A DNA stretch of 64,000 nucleotides from a candidate division WOR-3 bacterium (GTDB lineage Bacteria; Hydrothermota; Hydrothermia; LBFQ01; DSFT01). Positions 47,390 through 57,001 of the stretch are shown here, one piece after another; the first letter of the stretch is position 1; every line of letters starts with the position of its first letter. The notes under the pieces were generated by a model, which was not told the origin of the DNA, did no database searches, and was given only the letters and a program-made list of their open reading frames with translations. Where the stretch lies: the NCBI GenBank assembly GCA_965649115.1, contig CBFGJN010000002.1, forward strand, positions 987-64,986, read 5' to 3'. Position numbers and translations under genes: made by a program.

Positions 47390-47618
47390 AAGTTTGAAAA
47401 TTTTAAAGGACTAAAAATTGCTGTGTCCAAAAATTCTGGAATTATTTATTTTTCAAAAGCCTTCGGCTTTAAAATACCCATTTTTTGCTTTGGGGGGCAG
47501 AGCCCCCCTTAATAATCCCCCCATAATTATTGGACAAAGCAACTAAAAATTAGTTTTTTGAAAAACCCTGTCTTATGCCTTGCCCCCCTAAACCCCCCGA
47601 TAGATCAATTGATTGTCA

Positions 47619-48302
47619 TTAAATTACTTTACCAAATTTTCTTTTTCTTTTTGAGTAATCTTCTATTGCTTTTAAAAATTCTTCCCTTCTAAATTCTGGC
47701 CATAGTGTTTTTGTAAAATATAATTCTGAATAGCTAATTTGCCATAATAAAAAGTTTGAAATTCTATATTCTCCACTAGTTCTAATAAGAAGGTCAGGAT
47801 CTGGAAGGTTTGGATCATATAAAAAATTCCTAAAAGTTTCTTCATCAATAGATTCTAATTGTGATTTTATAATTTTATTAACTGCATCTAAAATTTCTTG
47901 TCTTCCACCATAGGAAAGTGCTAAGTATAGTTTTAATTTATTGTTATTTTTTGTTTTTTCAATAGCTTTAAATAGTTCATTTTTTACATCATTTGGCAGA
48001 TAATCTAATTTTCCAATTGCTCTAATTGAAACGCCATTTCTATTTAACTCATCTACTTCATTTTTTAATAGAAATTTTAATAATTCCATAAGACCCTTTA
48101 TCTCTTCCTTTGGTCTTTGCCAATTTTCTGTTGAAAACGAATATAATGTTAAATACTCTATTTTAAGTTCTAAGCAAACTCTAATAATTTCTCTAACGGA
48201 CTCGGAACCTACCTTATGACCTATTATTCTTGGAAGATTCCTTTCACTAGCCCATCGCCCATTTCCATCCATTATAATTGCAATATGTTTAGGAATTTTC
48301 AA
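47619..48302 (-). CDS. uppS: Undecaprenyl pyrophosphate synthase
   Basis: HIAIIMDGNGRWA and the cis-prenyltransferase core. Confidence 0.9.
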   Translation of the reverse strand: MKIPKHIAIIMDGNGRWASERNLPRIIGHKVGSESVREIIRVCLELKIEYLTLYSFSTENWQRPKEEIKGLMELLKFLLKNEVDELNRNGVSIRAIGKLDYLPNDVKNELFKAIEKTKNNNKLKLYLALSYGGRQEILDAVNKIIKSQLESIDEETFRNFLYDPNLPDPDLLIRTSGEYRISNFLLWQISYSELYFTKTLWPEFRREEFLKAIEDYSKRKRKFGKVI

Positions 48303-49414
48303 TCTACATCCGAATGTTCTACTTTCTTAATATCTTTTCCCTTTAATTTTGATATAATCATAGGTAATGTTGTGTATTCAAGTTCATCCTCTGGTAATCT
48401 TGATGGTTCAAATATACCTTGTCTCCTCATTAAATTTGCTATTTCATATGCAATTCTTCTTGGTTCATCAAAAGCTGGGTCATCAAATAAATCTCTTGGT
48501 CCAATTAGTTTGCCATTTGAGAGTTGAAATCCAAGAGCAACTACTCTTGGGGGACCATCAAATCTTGAGACATTACTTTGATGCATAGCAACTGGCATTA
48601 GAGGTCCCATATGGGAACCACGCATCCATCCTTCTACAATAAATGGTCTTGCAAATGGTTCTAATATCTCACCAACAGCCGGAAATCCGCTTTGAGCTCT
48701 AACAATCATAACAGGGTCATCTTTGCCTACATATTTTCCTGCTATAAGTGATAATTTTTGGCTTGAGGCAACAGCTGCAATTTCCTTGTCTTTTCTTCTG
48801 AAAACCTTTGTAATTACATATCTTGAAATACTACCTATTAATGCTAATAAATCATATAATCCCTCTGGTGTTGGAATTCTATAAGTTTCACCTTCTTTAA
48901 CATCCAAGACTTCAAATTCAAATCCTTCATGCATTGATGGGTCAATTACTAATCCCGAGGTATTCATAGGATTAGCAAACATTTCATAAAGTGGTATATT
49001 CCAAGCACTTGGAGATGTTTTATCAGCCATAAATACAATTATTGGTTCAGAGGGTCTTTCATTTATTTCCATTTCTGCAACACCAGGACCCATTCCTTTG
49101 ACATTCCCACTAAATGCATCTGATAGTAAATCTTGTCCAGCACCATATAGTTTTAGTTCTTTGGCAACATTAGTTGCTTCTTTGAAGGCTTCCCAAGCAA
49201 GTTTATGAATTTGCTCGTTATCAGGACCATAATTATGTGTCATTATTAAATTTATATCATCACCAACTCTACCTACAAAGTAATCTATAATTAACCCTTT
49301 CTCTTTCGCTGATTGTAGTTTCTCTTCACATGCTTCTATGAGTTTTGGATGTGTTGATGAATGTCCTACATAACCTCCTACATCAGCTTTTATTACACTT
49401 ATTGTAATTTTCAT
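48299..49414 (-). CDS. fbp: Fructose-1,6-bisphosphate aldolase/phosphatase (bifunctional class V FBPase, archaeal type)
   Basis: N-terminus MKITISVIKADVGGYVGHSSTHP and an overall length of about 370 aa. AGGAGG RBS. Confidence 0.85.
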   Translation of the reverse strand: MKITISVIKADVGGYVGHSSTHPKLIEACEEKLQSAKEKGLIIDYFVGRVGDDINLIMTHNYGPDNEQIHKLAWEAFKEATNVAKELKLYGAGQDLLSDAFSGNVKGMGPGVAEMEINERPSEPIIVFMADKTSPSAWNIPLYEMFANPMNTSGLVIDPSMHEGFEFEVLDVKEGETYRIPTPEGLYDLLALIGSISRYVITKVFRRKDKEIAAVASSQKLSLIAGKYVGKDDPVMIVRAQSGFPAVGEILEPFARPFIVEGWMRGSHMGPLMPVAMHQSNVSRFDGPPRVVALGFQLSNGKLIGPRDLFDDPAFDEPRRIAYEIANLMRRQGIFEPSRLPEDELEYTTLPMIISKLKGKDIKKVEHSDVD

Positions 49415-49654
49415 TTTTTAACCTCCTTTTAAAGATTGAAAATTTTAAAGGACTTAAATTTTGCTGTGTCTAAAAATTATGAAAAATATATTTTTCTATA
49501 TTTCTCCGAACCACCCTGAAATCAAGCCTTAGGCTTTAAAATGCCCATATTTTCCGCTTTGGAGGTCAAAGCCACCCTAAAAACTATAATTTCAAAAAAT
49601 TTTTCGGAAATTAAAGCTAACTTTTTTATTTTAAGCTTTAAACTTTTAGCGTTT

Positions 49655-50233
49655 ATGAAGGTTGAAAATTTACTAAAATTTTTAAAAGAAAAAAGAGAGC
49701 AAATTATATTTGCTTTTGGCATTGTTCTCATAGTTATTATAATTTTGATTTATAATAATTTATCAAGTAAAAGGGTAAGTGCTGATAGTCAAGTTGCTTT
49801 CATTCAGGGTTTTTATGGAATTCAGTTTGGTGATACATCAAATGCTCCAAAAATTTTAATGGAACTTTATTCAAGAAATAAAAGTAATTTTATTGGTTTT
49901 TGGTCTGGTCTTGTTCTTGCTGATTATTATTATAAGTTTGAAAAAAAGGATAATTCTTATTCAATTTTAAAGACGATAAAACCATTTGATGAAATTGGTA
50001 AAACCGCATATAAAATTTTAGAAGCAAATTTAAAGTCTTCTCCTTCAAGTTTGAATATAAAAACTGACTTTAAATCCATAAATAATTATGTTGCTTATAG
50101 AAAGGCCAAAATGCTCCTTGCCAAAGGTGATAAAACGGAAGCTATTAGGTTATTTAAAGAAATATCAAAAGGCAATGATATTTTCTCTGAAATGGCAAAG
50201 GAAGAACTAAGGGCATTAGGAGAGAAGTTATGA
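49655..50233 (+). CDS. Membrane-anchored TPR-like protein
   Basis: The track ORF begins inside a repeat. The start was set at the ATG after an AGCTTTAAACTTTTAGCGTTT box. One TM segment, then a helical repeat region. Confidence 0.45.
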   Translation: MKVENLLKFLKEKREQIIFAFGIVLIVIIILIYNNLSSKRVSADSQVAFIQGFYGIQFGDTSNAPKILMELYSRNKSNFIGFWSGLVLADYYYKFEKKDNSYSILKTIKPFDEIGKTAYKILEANLKSSPSSLNIKTDFKSINNYVAYRKAKMLLAKGDKTEAIRLFKEISKGNDIFSEMAKEELRALGEKL

Positions 50234-50580
50234 TTTTTAATACAACAAAAATAAAGTTTATTTCTATGCTTTCTTACATCTTTCCATTTGGATTTATAAA
50301 TGCTTTGTTGTTTCAAGATTTTGAAAATGAATATGTAAAGTTTAATGTTATTCAAGGATTTATTGTGAATTTGCTTTATTTGTGCTTTATAATTTTTTAC
50401 CTTATGATAGCTCTTTTGATAGGACCAATACCTTATGTTGGATATATAAAGAATATAATTGGTTTTGTTTTTCTTTCAATTTCACTTTTTATTACTATAA
50501 GAGTTTTTTTGGCTGTTTTAGATGAGGAGATCTATAAAGTTCCTTTTATAAGTTTTTTAATTGAAAACTTTGAAAAGTGA
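50230..50580 (+). CDS. Small membrane protein, DUF4870-like
   Basis: Two to three TM segments with a YIFPFGFINALLF...FVKFNVIQ pattern. Confidence 0.4.
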   Translation: MIFNTTKIKFISMLSYIFPFGFINALLFQDFENEYVKFNVIQGFIVNLLYLCFIIFYLMIALLIGPIPYVGYIKNIIGFVFLSISLFITIRVFLAVLDEEIYKVPFISFLIENFEK

Positions 50581-50589
50581 GGGAGGACT

Positions 50590-53094
50590 ATGTTCTTAAA
50601 TAATGAGCGATTTACCGATAAAGCAAAAAGAGCGCTTCTCTTAGCAAGAGAGGAAGCTTTAAGATTTGGAAATGAATATATAGGAACTGAACATCTTTTG
50701 CTTGGAATACTTAATGTTGGTGAAAGTATCGCTATTTCTGCTCTTACAAATTTGGGTGTGGATATAGAAGAGCTTAGAATAGCTGTTGAACATTCCATTC
50801 ATAGAGGTGAATTTTCAAGGAGAGATCTTTCTGCTGAACTTCCACTTAATGCTTCATCAAAGAAGGCTATAAATGGTGCTATTGAGGAAGCAAGAAGAAT
50901 GGGTCAAACATTTGTTGGGCCAGAGCATTTGCTTCTTGGATTGCTAAAAGATAGAAGATCACTTGCTGCTCAAATTCTTGAAAGTATGGGTATTGATTAT
51001 GATAGTATAAGACAAGAGATAATTAGATTGATAAATCAAAATAGATATGAAGAATCTATGGGTTATTCATCTGGATATAGTTATTTTCCTTCTTATGAGC
51101 AAAGAAGAACAACTACACCACAAACACCAAGGCAATCAAATACAAGAGTTTTAGATAGTTTTTCAATAGATTTGACGCAATTAGCAAGGGAAGGTAAATT
51201 GGACCCTGTAATTGGTAGGGAGGAGGAGATTGAAAGAGTTATTCAAGTTCTTTCAAGGAGAAAGAAAAATAATCCTGTTTTAATTGGTGAGCCTGGTGTT
51301 GGTAAAACTGCTATTGTTGAAGGTCTTGCACAGAGAATAGCGAATGATGAAGTTCCTCCTGTATTAAGAAATAAGAGAATTGTTGCCCTTGATCTTGCTG
51401 CTATTGTGGCGGGAACAAAGTATAGGGGTCAATTTGAAGAAAGAATAAAAGCTATATTAAATGAAGTTATAAATGCTCCTGATGTTATACTATTTATAGA
51501 TGAGCTTCATACAATGATTGGAGCGGGAGCTGCGGAAGGTGCATTAGATGCTGCTAATATCTTAAAACCTGCACTTGCAAGAGGGCAAATAAGACTTATT
51601 GGTGCTACTACACTTGAAGAATATAAAAAATATATTGAAAGAGATGGAGCACTTGAAAGAAGATTTCAACCAATAATTATTGAACCTCCATCTGTTGAAG
51701 AAACTATTAGAATTCTCGAAGGTTTAAAAAGGGAATATGAAGAATATCATGGAGTAATATATACACAAGAGGCAATTGAAGCTGCTGCCAAACTTTCTGA
51801 TAGATACATTCAAGATAGATATTTGCCTGATAAGGCTATTGATGTTTTAGATGAAGCAGGTGCAATGGTTAAGCTTACTAAGCAGATTGACGATCCAGAA
51901 TTAAACAAACTTCAAAGAGAATTAGAACAAATTAGAAAAAGAAAAGCGTTTGCAGTTAGAAAAGAGGAATATAACTTAGCAGAAAAATTGAAACATAAAG
52001 AGGAAGAAATTCTTGAAAAAATTAGAAAGAGAAAAATGGAGATAAAAAAGGAAACTGCTGAGGTTACTTATGAAGATGTTGCTAAGGTAATATCCAGGTG
52101 GACAGGCATACCACTAACTCAAATAAGTTCAGATGAGGAAACAAAATTATTAAAACTTGAAGAAGAACTTAAAAAATATGTAATAGGTCAAGATTATGCT
52201 ATTAGCTTATTAGCAAAAGCTATTAGAAGGAATAGAGCAGGTATTAAAGATCCTAAAAGACCTATTGGTTCGTTTGTATTTCTTGGTCCAACAGGTGTTG
52301 GTAAAACTGAACTTGCTAAAAGTTTAGCAAGAGTACTATTTGGAAGTGAAGATGCACTTATAAGAATAGATATGAGTGAGTACATGGAAAGACATAATGT
52401 TTCAAGACTTATAGGCTCACCTCCTGGTTATGTTGGATATGAAGAGGGTGGTCAACTAACTGAAAAAGTTAGAAGAAAACCTTATAGTGTTATTCTTTTT
52501 GATGAAATTGAAAAGGCACATCCTGATGTATTTAATATATTGCTTCAAATTCTTGAAGATGGTATATTAACTGATGGACTTGGTAGGACAGTTAGTTTCA
52601 GAAATACAATTATAATAATGACATCAAATATAGGAACAAGACAAATTAGAGAAACAAAACATTTAGGTTTTTCAGTAAAAGAAGAAAAGGAACTTGATTA
52701 TAATGAGCTTGAAAAGTTATTGAAAGATGAATTTAAGAAGGTTGTTTCTCCAGAATTTTTAAATAGAATAGATGAAGTTATTGTTTTTAGACCATTAAAC
52801 AAAGAAGATTTGAAGAAAATTATTGAAGTTATGTTAAGAGATTTAAGAGAAAGATTGAAAGAAAAACATATTACGATAAAAGTTTCAGATAGATTAAAGG
52901 AATTTTTGGTTAATCAAAGCTATGACCCTGAATTTGGAGCAAGACCATTAAGAAGAGCTATAAGAAAATATATAGAGGAGCCAATAAGTGAAGCAATAAT
53001 AAAAGGTGAAGTTAAGGAAAATTCTGATGTTCTAATTGATTTAAATGAGAATAATGAAATTATTTTTAGAACGGATGTTTTAAGTGTGCTTTAA
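50590..53094 (+). CDS. clpC: ATP-dependent Clp protease ATP-binding subunit ClpC (ClpA/B family)
   Basis: Two Clp_N repeats, two AAA+ modules ([18 protein letters not shown]), a short middle domain and an HLGFS ClpP-docking loop. Confidence 0.9.
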   Translation: MFLNNERFTDKAKRALLLAREEALRFGNEYIGTEHLLLGILNVGESIAISALTNLGVDIEELRIAVEHSIHRGEFSRRDLSAELPLNASSKKAINGAIEEARRMGQTFVGPEHLLLGLLKDRRSLAAQILESMGIDYDSIRQEIIRLINQNRYEESMGYSSGYSYFPSYEQRRTTTPQTPRQSNTRVLDSFSIDLTQLAREGKLDPVIGREEEIERVIQVLSRRKKNNPVLIGEPGVGKTAIVEGLAQRIANDEVPPVLRNKRIVALDLAAIVAGTKYRGQFEERIKAILNEVINAPDVILFIDELHTMIGAGAAEGALDAANILKPALARGQIRLIGATTLEEYKKYIERDGALERRFQPIIIEPPSVEETIRILEGLKREYEEYHGVIYTQEAIEAAAKLSDRYIQDRYLPDKAIDVLDEAGAMVKLTKQIDDPELNKLQRELEQIRKRKAFAVRKEEYNLAEKLKHKEEEILEKIRKRKMEIKKETAEVTYEDVAKVISRWTGIPLTQISSDEETKLLKLEEELKKYVIGQDYAISLLAKAIRRNRAGIKDPKRPIGSFVFLGPTGVGKTELAKSLARVLFGSEDALIRIDMSEYMERHNVSRLIGSPPGYVGYEEGGQLTEKVRRKPYSVILFDEIEKAHPDVFNILLQILEDGILTDGLGRTVSFRNTIIIMTSNIGTRQIRETKHLGFSVKEEKELDYNELEKLLKDEFKKVVSPEFLNRIDEVIVFRPLNKEDLKKIIEVMLRDLRERLKEKHITIKVSDRLKEFLVNQSYDPEFGARPLRRAIRKYIEEPISEAIIKGEVKENSDVLIDLNENNEIIFRTDVLSVL

Positions 53095-53103
53095 AATTTC
53101 AAA

Positions 53104-53370
53104 ATGCCAAAAGTAAAATTATCTGTTAAGAAAAGAGAAAGACAAAACCTAAAGAGAAGACTTAGAAATTTATGGTACAAAAAGAGAATTAAAGATGCTA
53201 TAAAGCGTTTTCTAAAAGCAAGTCTTGAAGAAAGAAAGGAAATTATAAGGGAAATATATGAATATGTAGATAAGGCAGTTAAGAAAGGTGTTATTCATAA
53301 AAATAAGGGAGCGAGAATAAAGAGTAAATATGCCAAGTTATGCTTAGAAGGACAAAACAAAGGGAAGTGA
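53104..53370 (+). CDS. rpsT: 30S ribosomal protein S20
   Basis: Basic 88 aa protein, KKRERQNLKRRLRN. Preceded by TTTAAAATTTCAAA. Confidence 0.7.
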   Translation: MPKVKLSVKKRERQNLKRRLRNLWYKKRIKDAIKRFLKASLEERKEIIREIYEYVDKAVKKGVIHKNKGARIKSKYAKLCLEGQNKGK

Positions 53371-53723
53371 TTTTGGATATTTTAAAAGAAAGTAGGAATC
53401 ATCCTACTGCTGAGGAGATTTATATTAAAGCAAGAATGTTCATGCCTAAAATAAGTTTATCTACAATATATAGAGCATTAAAAAGTTTGGTTAATGAAGG
53501 TAAGATATTAGAAATAAAACTACAAGGTGAAAATTATTCAAGATATGATTATCCTTTAAAGGAGCATCAACATTTTTATTGTAAGAAATGTAAAAAAATT
53601 TTTGATATTGATATATCGCTTGATGGTGATTTTGAATTACCTCATAAGGTTGAAGAGTTTAGAGCTTTATTTATAGGTATATGTCAAGATTGTTTAAAAG
53701 GAGGTTATTATGAGAAGGTATGA
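53340..53723 (+). CDS. Fur-family metalloregulator (Fur/Zur/PerR)
   Basis: DNA-binding helix region (TAEEIY...ISLSTIYRAL) and C-terminal HQHFYCKKCKK...CQDC metal sites. Overlaps the rpsT 3' end. Confidence 0.8.
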   Translation: MLRRTKQREVILDILKESRNHPTAEEIYIKARMFMPKISLSTIYRALKSLVNEGKILEIKLQGENYSRYDYPLKEHQHFYCKKCKKIFDIDISLDGDFELPHKVEEFRALFIGICQDCLKGGYYEKV

Positions 53724-53997
53724 AAGTATGGTTATTATAGATACAAAAATTGATGAGAATGAAAGACTAAAAACCATAAATAAAATTAAGGAATTTATTG
53801 AAAAATCAGGTGGAAAAATTATAAGTTTTGAAGAATGGGGTAATAGGAAACTTGCTTATCCCATAAAGAAAAGGAATGAAGGATATTATATTTTGTTAAA
53901 ATTTGAAAGTGATAGTAAGCTTCCTTTAGCTTTAAGAGATTTTTATAGACTTGAAGAAAATATATTAAGGAGTATTATTGTGAGGGAGGATGAATAA
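53710..53997 (+). CDS. rpsF: 30S ribosomal protein S6
   Basis: MRRYESMVIIDTKIDENE N-terminus. GGAGG RBS. Confidence 0.85.
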   Translation: MRRYESMVIIDTKIDENERLKTINKIKEFIEKSGGKIISFEEWGNRKLAYPIKKRNEGYYILLKFESDSKLPLALRDFYRLEENILRSIIVREDE

Positions 53998-54458
53998 TGG
54001 CTCAATTGCGATTCCCATATATAAATTCAATAATTCTTTCTGGAAGACTTGTTAGTGATTCAAGTATTAAAGTTCTTCCTACATCAGGCAAGCAAATTCT
54101 TGAATTTAGAATTGCCACTAACAGAAGATATATTCTAAATGGAGAAAATAGAGAAGAGACATTATATATAAACTGCATTTATATGGGTCAGAGGGTTAAT
54201 GAATATTCTGAAATTTTAAAAACAGGATTTCCAATAATTGTTGAAGGTCGTTTAAGATATAGAGAATGGACTGATCAAAACAATAATAAACGAAATACCT
54301 ATGAAATTATTGTTAATAGAATACATTTATTAGAAAGGAAAGATGTTATTGGGGAAGTTGAGCCTCCTCCTGAACCTGATGAATTAGAAAAAGAAAAGCC
54401 TTCATTTCAGATGAACTTAGATGAGGAAGAAATAAGTGAAGAGGATATACCATTTTAA
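53997..54458 (+). CDS. ssb: Single-stranded DNA-binding protein
   Basis: OB-fold N-terminus and acidic tail ending EEDIPF. Confidence 0.9.
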   Translation: MAQLRFPYINSIILSGRLVSDSSIKVLPTSGKQILEFRIATNRRYILNGENREETLYINCIYMGQRVNEYSEILKTGFPIIVEGRLRYREWTDQNNNKRNTYEIIVNRIHLLERKDVIGEVEPPPEPDELEKEKPSFQMNLDEEEISEEDIPF

Positions 54459-54472
54459 AAGGAGGTTTAAAT

Positions 54473-54664
54473 ATGAAGAAAGCTAAAAGAAAGATAGATT
54501 GGAAAGATGTTGAATTTCTGAGACAATTCATAACGCCAAGAGGTAAAATTATGCCAAGAAGGCAAACTGGGCTTTCTGCTTATGAACAAAGGCAATTAGC
54601 AAGAGCTATAAAAAGAGCTAGAATTATGGCTTTATTACCATTTGTGGAGGATTATTATCTATGA
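54473..54664 (+). CDS. rpsR: 30S ribosomal protein S18 (Cys-free form)
   Basis: [32 protein letters not shown]. Confidence 0.9.
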   Translation: MKKAKRKIDWKDVEFLRQFITPRGKIMPRRQTGLSAYEQRQLARAIKRARIMALLPFVEDYYL

Positions 54665-55086
54665 AAAGAGTTAAGGTTATTATGGACGATGGTAAAGTTT
54701 TGGAAGTTAAGTACGGATATGCTAATTATCTTATAAAAATGGGGCTTGCACAAATGTACAGTGAATCTAAAATTAAGGAAATGGAGTATCAAAAGAAAGT
54801 TATATTGGAAAAACAAGAACGACAAAAAAAGAAAGCACTTGAATTGAAAACGAAATTAGAGAAAGAAAAAATAACATTTTTAGTTAAAGTTGGTGAAGAT
54901 GATAGAATGTACGGTTCAATTACAAATAAAGATATTGCTGAAAAATTGAAAGAAAAAGGTTATGATATAGATAGAAAATCTATTCTTCTTGAAGAGCCTA
55001 TAAGAGCTATTGGTAGTTATACTATTCCTATAAAACTTCATCCAGAAGTTATAGCTGAAATTAAAGTTAAGGTTGAAAAAGAATGA
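54661..55086 (+). CDS. rplI: 50S ribosomal protein L9
   Basis: N-domain [12 protein letters not shown] and a conserved position downstream of rpsR. Confidence 0.8.
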   Translation: MKRVKVIMDDGKVLEVKYGYANYLIKMGLAQMYSESKIKEMEYQKKVILEKQERQKKKALELKTKLEKEKITFLVKVGEDDRMYGSITNKDIAEKLKEKGYDIDRKSILLEEPIRAIGSYTIPIKLHPEVIAEIKVKVEKE

Positions 55087-55529
55087 AGAATTTAATAGAA
55101 GTTGAAGTCAGAAATATTTTGTTTATTAAGAATGATGAAGGAGAAGGTTCTTTTCTTGTAATACTTGGAGAAAAAGAGGGAAAGAGAATTCTACCAATAA
55201 GCATAGGACTATTTGAGGCACAAGCAATAGCAAGAGCAAAAGAAGGGATAAGAGGTGAAAGGCCTTTAACTCATGAATTAATTGTTAAGTTATTTGAAGA
55301 GATTGGTGTTAAACTTGAAAAAGTTATTGTTAATGATTTAATTAATGAAGTTTTTTATGCAAGGTTAATTATAAGAAAAGATGATAAATTATTAAGTATT
55401 GATGCAAGACCATCTGATTCAATAGCAATAGCTGTTCTAGCAAATGTTCCAATTTTTGTCAGTTCAAGTGTTATGGATAGAGCTGGTGAAGAGCCTCCTG
55501 AGGATATTGAAGGTGATATAGAGGCATAG
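55083..55529 (+). CDS. Bifunctional nuclease (BFN/DUF151) family protein
   Basis: LPISIGLFEAQAIA...RPLTHEL pattern. Confidence 0.7.
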   Translation: MKNLIEVEVRNILFIKNDEGEGSFLVILGEKEGKRILPISIGLFEAQAIARAKEGIRGERPLTHELIVKLFEEIGVKLEKVIVNDLINEVFYARLIIRKDDKLLSIDARPSDSIAIAVLANVPIFVSSSVMDRAGEEPPEDIEGDIEA

Positions 55530-55530
55530 A

Positions 55531-56943
55531 TTGAGAAGAACAAAAATTATAGCAACATTTGGACCATCCTGTAAAAATGAAGAAATAATTAGAAAACTTA
55601 TAAAAAGTGGTGTAAATATATTTAGATTTAATTTTAGTCATTCAAATGCTGATGAACATATTAATAATGCTAAAATTGTAAGAAAAATAGCAAATGAAAT
55701 GGGTGTTAGAATAGCTTTTTTACAAGATTTAGCTGGTCCAAAAATTAGAATTGGAAAAGTAAAAAATGGTAAAGCGGTTTTAAAAGATGAACAGATATTT
55801 AAAATTACTATAAGAGATATTGAAGGAAATGAAGAAATTGTATCTGTAAATTTTAAGGAAATTTTAAATTATGTTCAAAAAAATGATATTATACTAATTG
55901 CAGAAGGAACAATTGTTTTAAAAGTCATTGAAGTCAATGAAGATGAAATAATTACAAAAGTTTTAAAGGGTGGTGAAATATCTTCAAATAAAGGTTTAAA
56001 CTTGCCATTTAAGGAAATAGATGTTTCCGCTTTAACGGAAAAGGATTTGGAAGATATAAAAAAAGGTATTGAATTTGGCTTTGACTACGTTGCAGTTTCA
56101 TTTGTTCAGAAACCATCTGATATTGAACTTGTTAGATACTATTTGAGGAAGTTTGGTTCACTTTCAAAAATTATTGCAAAAATTGAAAAGCCTGCAGCAG
56201 TAATGAGAATAGAAGATATTGTAGATGTTAGTGATGGGATAATGATAGCAAGAGGAGATTTAGGGATTGAGTTTCCAATAGAAGAATTACCAATAATTCA
56301 AAAAAAATTTATAAAATTATGTATTCAAAAAGGAAAACCTGTTATTACTGCAACTCAAATGCTTGAATCTATGATAAATAATCCAAGTCCTACAAGAGCA
56401 GAAGTTACTGATGTTGCCAATGCTGTTCTTGATGGTTCAGATGCTTTAATGCTTTCAGGCGAAACTGCAATTGGAAATTATCCCGTTGAGGCAGTTTCAA
56501 TTATGGATAAAATTATTAGAAAAGTTGAAAGTTCTATTGATTATTCAAGACCTCCTTTTAAAGTTTCTCAGGCACAATTAGATATTAATGATGCAGTTGC
56601 TTTTGCTGCTTATGAGCTTTCAAAGTTTTCAAATGCAAAGGCAATTGTTGCCTATACATTTTCAGGTGATACTGCTAGGAGGGTTGCAAAATTTAGACCT
56701 TCTGTTCCAATTGTTGCTATTACACCTAATGAATTTGTAGCAAATCAATTAGTTTTAAGTTGGGGAATTATTCCTATTGTTTCAGAAATGGTAAATTCAT
56801 TTGAAGAAATGGTAAATATAGCAAGAATGAAAGTTAAAGAAATAGGTTTAGTAAAGGAACTTTCAAAAATTGTTATAATAGCGGGATTGCCTCTTAAAGT
56901 TCCAGGAAATACGAATTTAATACATCTTACAGATGTTCATTAA
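55531..56943 (+). CDS. pyk: Pyruvate kinase
   Basis: TKIIATFGPS, MIARGDLGIE and an overall length of 470 aa. TTG start. Confidence 0.9.
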   Translation: MRRTKIIATFGPSCKNEEIIRKLIKSGVNIFRFNFSHSNADEHINNAKIVRKIANEMGVRIAFLQDLAGPKIRIGKVKNGKAVLKDEQIFKITIRDIEGNEEIVSVNFKEILNYVQKNDIILIAEGTIVLKVIEVNEDEIITKVLKGGEISSNKGLNLPFKEIDVSALTEKDLEDIKKGIEFGFDYVAVSFVQKPSDIELVRYYLRKFGSLSKIIAKIEKPAAVMRIEDIVDVSDGIMIARGDLGIEFPIEELPIIQKKFIKLCIQKGKPVITATQMLESMINNPSPTRAEVTDVANAVLDGSDALMLSGETAIGNYPVEAVSIMDKIIRKVESSIDYSRPPFKVSQAQLDINDAVAFAAYELSKFSNAKAIVAYTFSGDTARRVAKFRPSVPIVAITPNEFVANQLVLSWGIIPIVSEMVNSFEEMVNIARMKVKEIGLVKELSKIVIIAGLPLKVPGNTNLIHLTDVH

Positions 56944-57001
56944 ATTTAAAATCATTTATTTTACCACACACCCTGAAAATAAGGCGGAGCCCCCTCATAA
57001 G

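Noticed and set aside
47315-47512. ORF 47315..47512 (+), 65 aa, beginning MGPPGFEPGTPGLKIQ
   Set aside because: It is a translation of the antisense of tRNA-Lys plus an A/B repeat module, not a gene.
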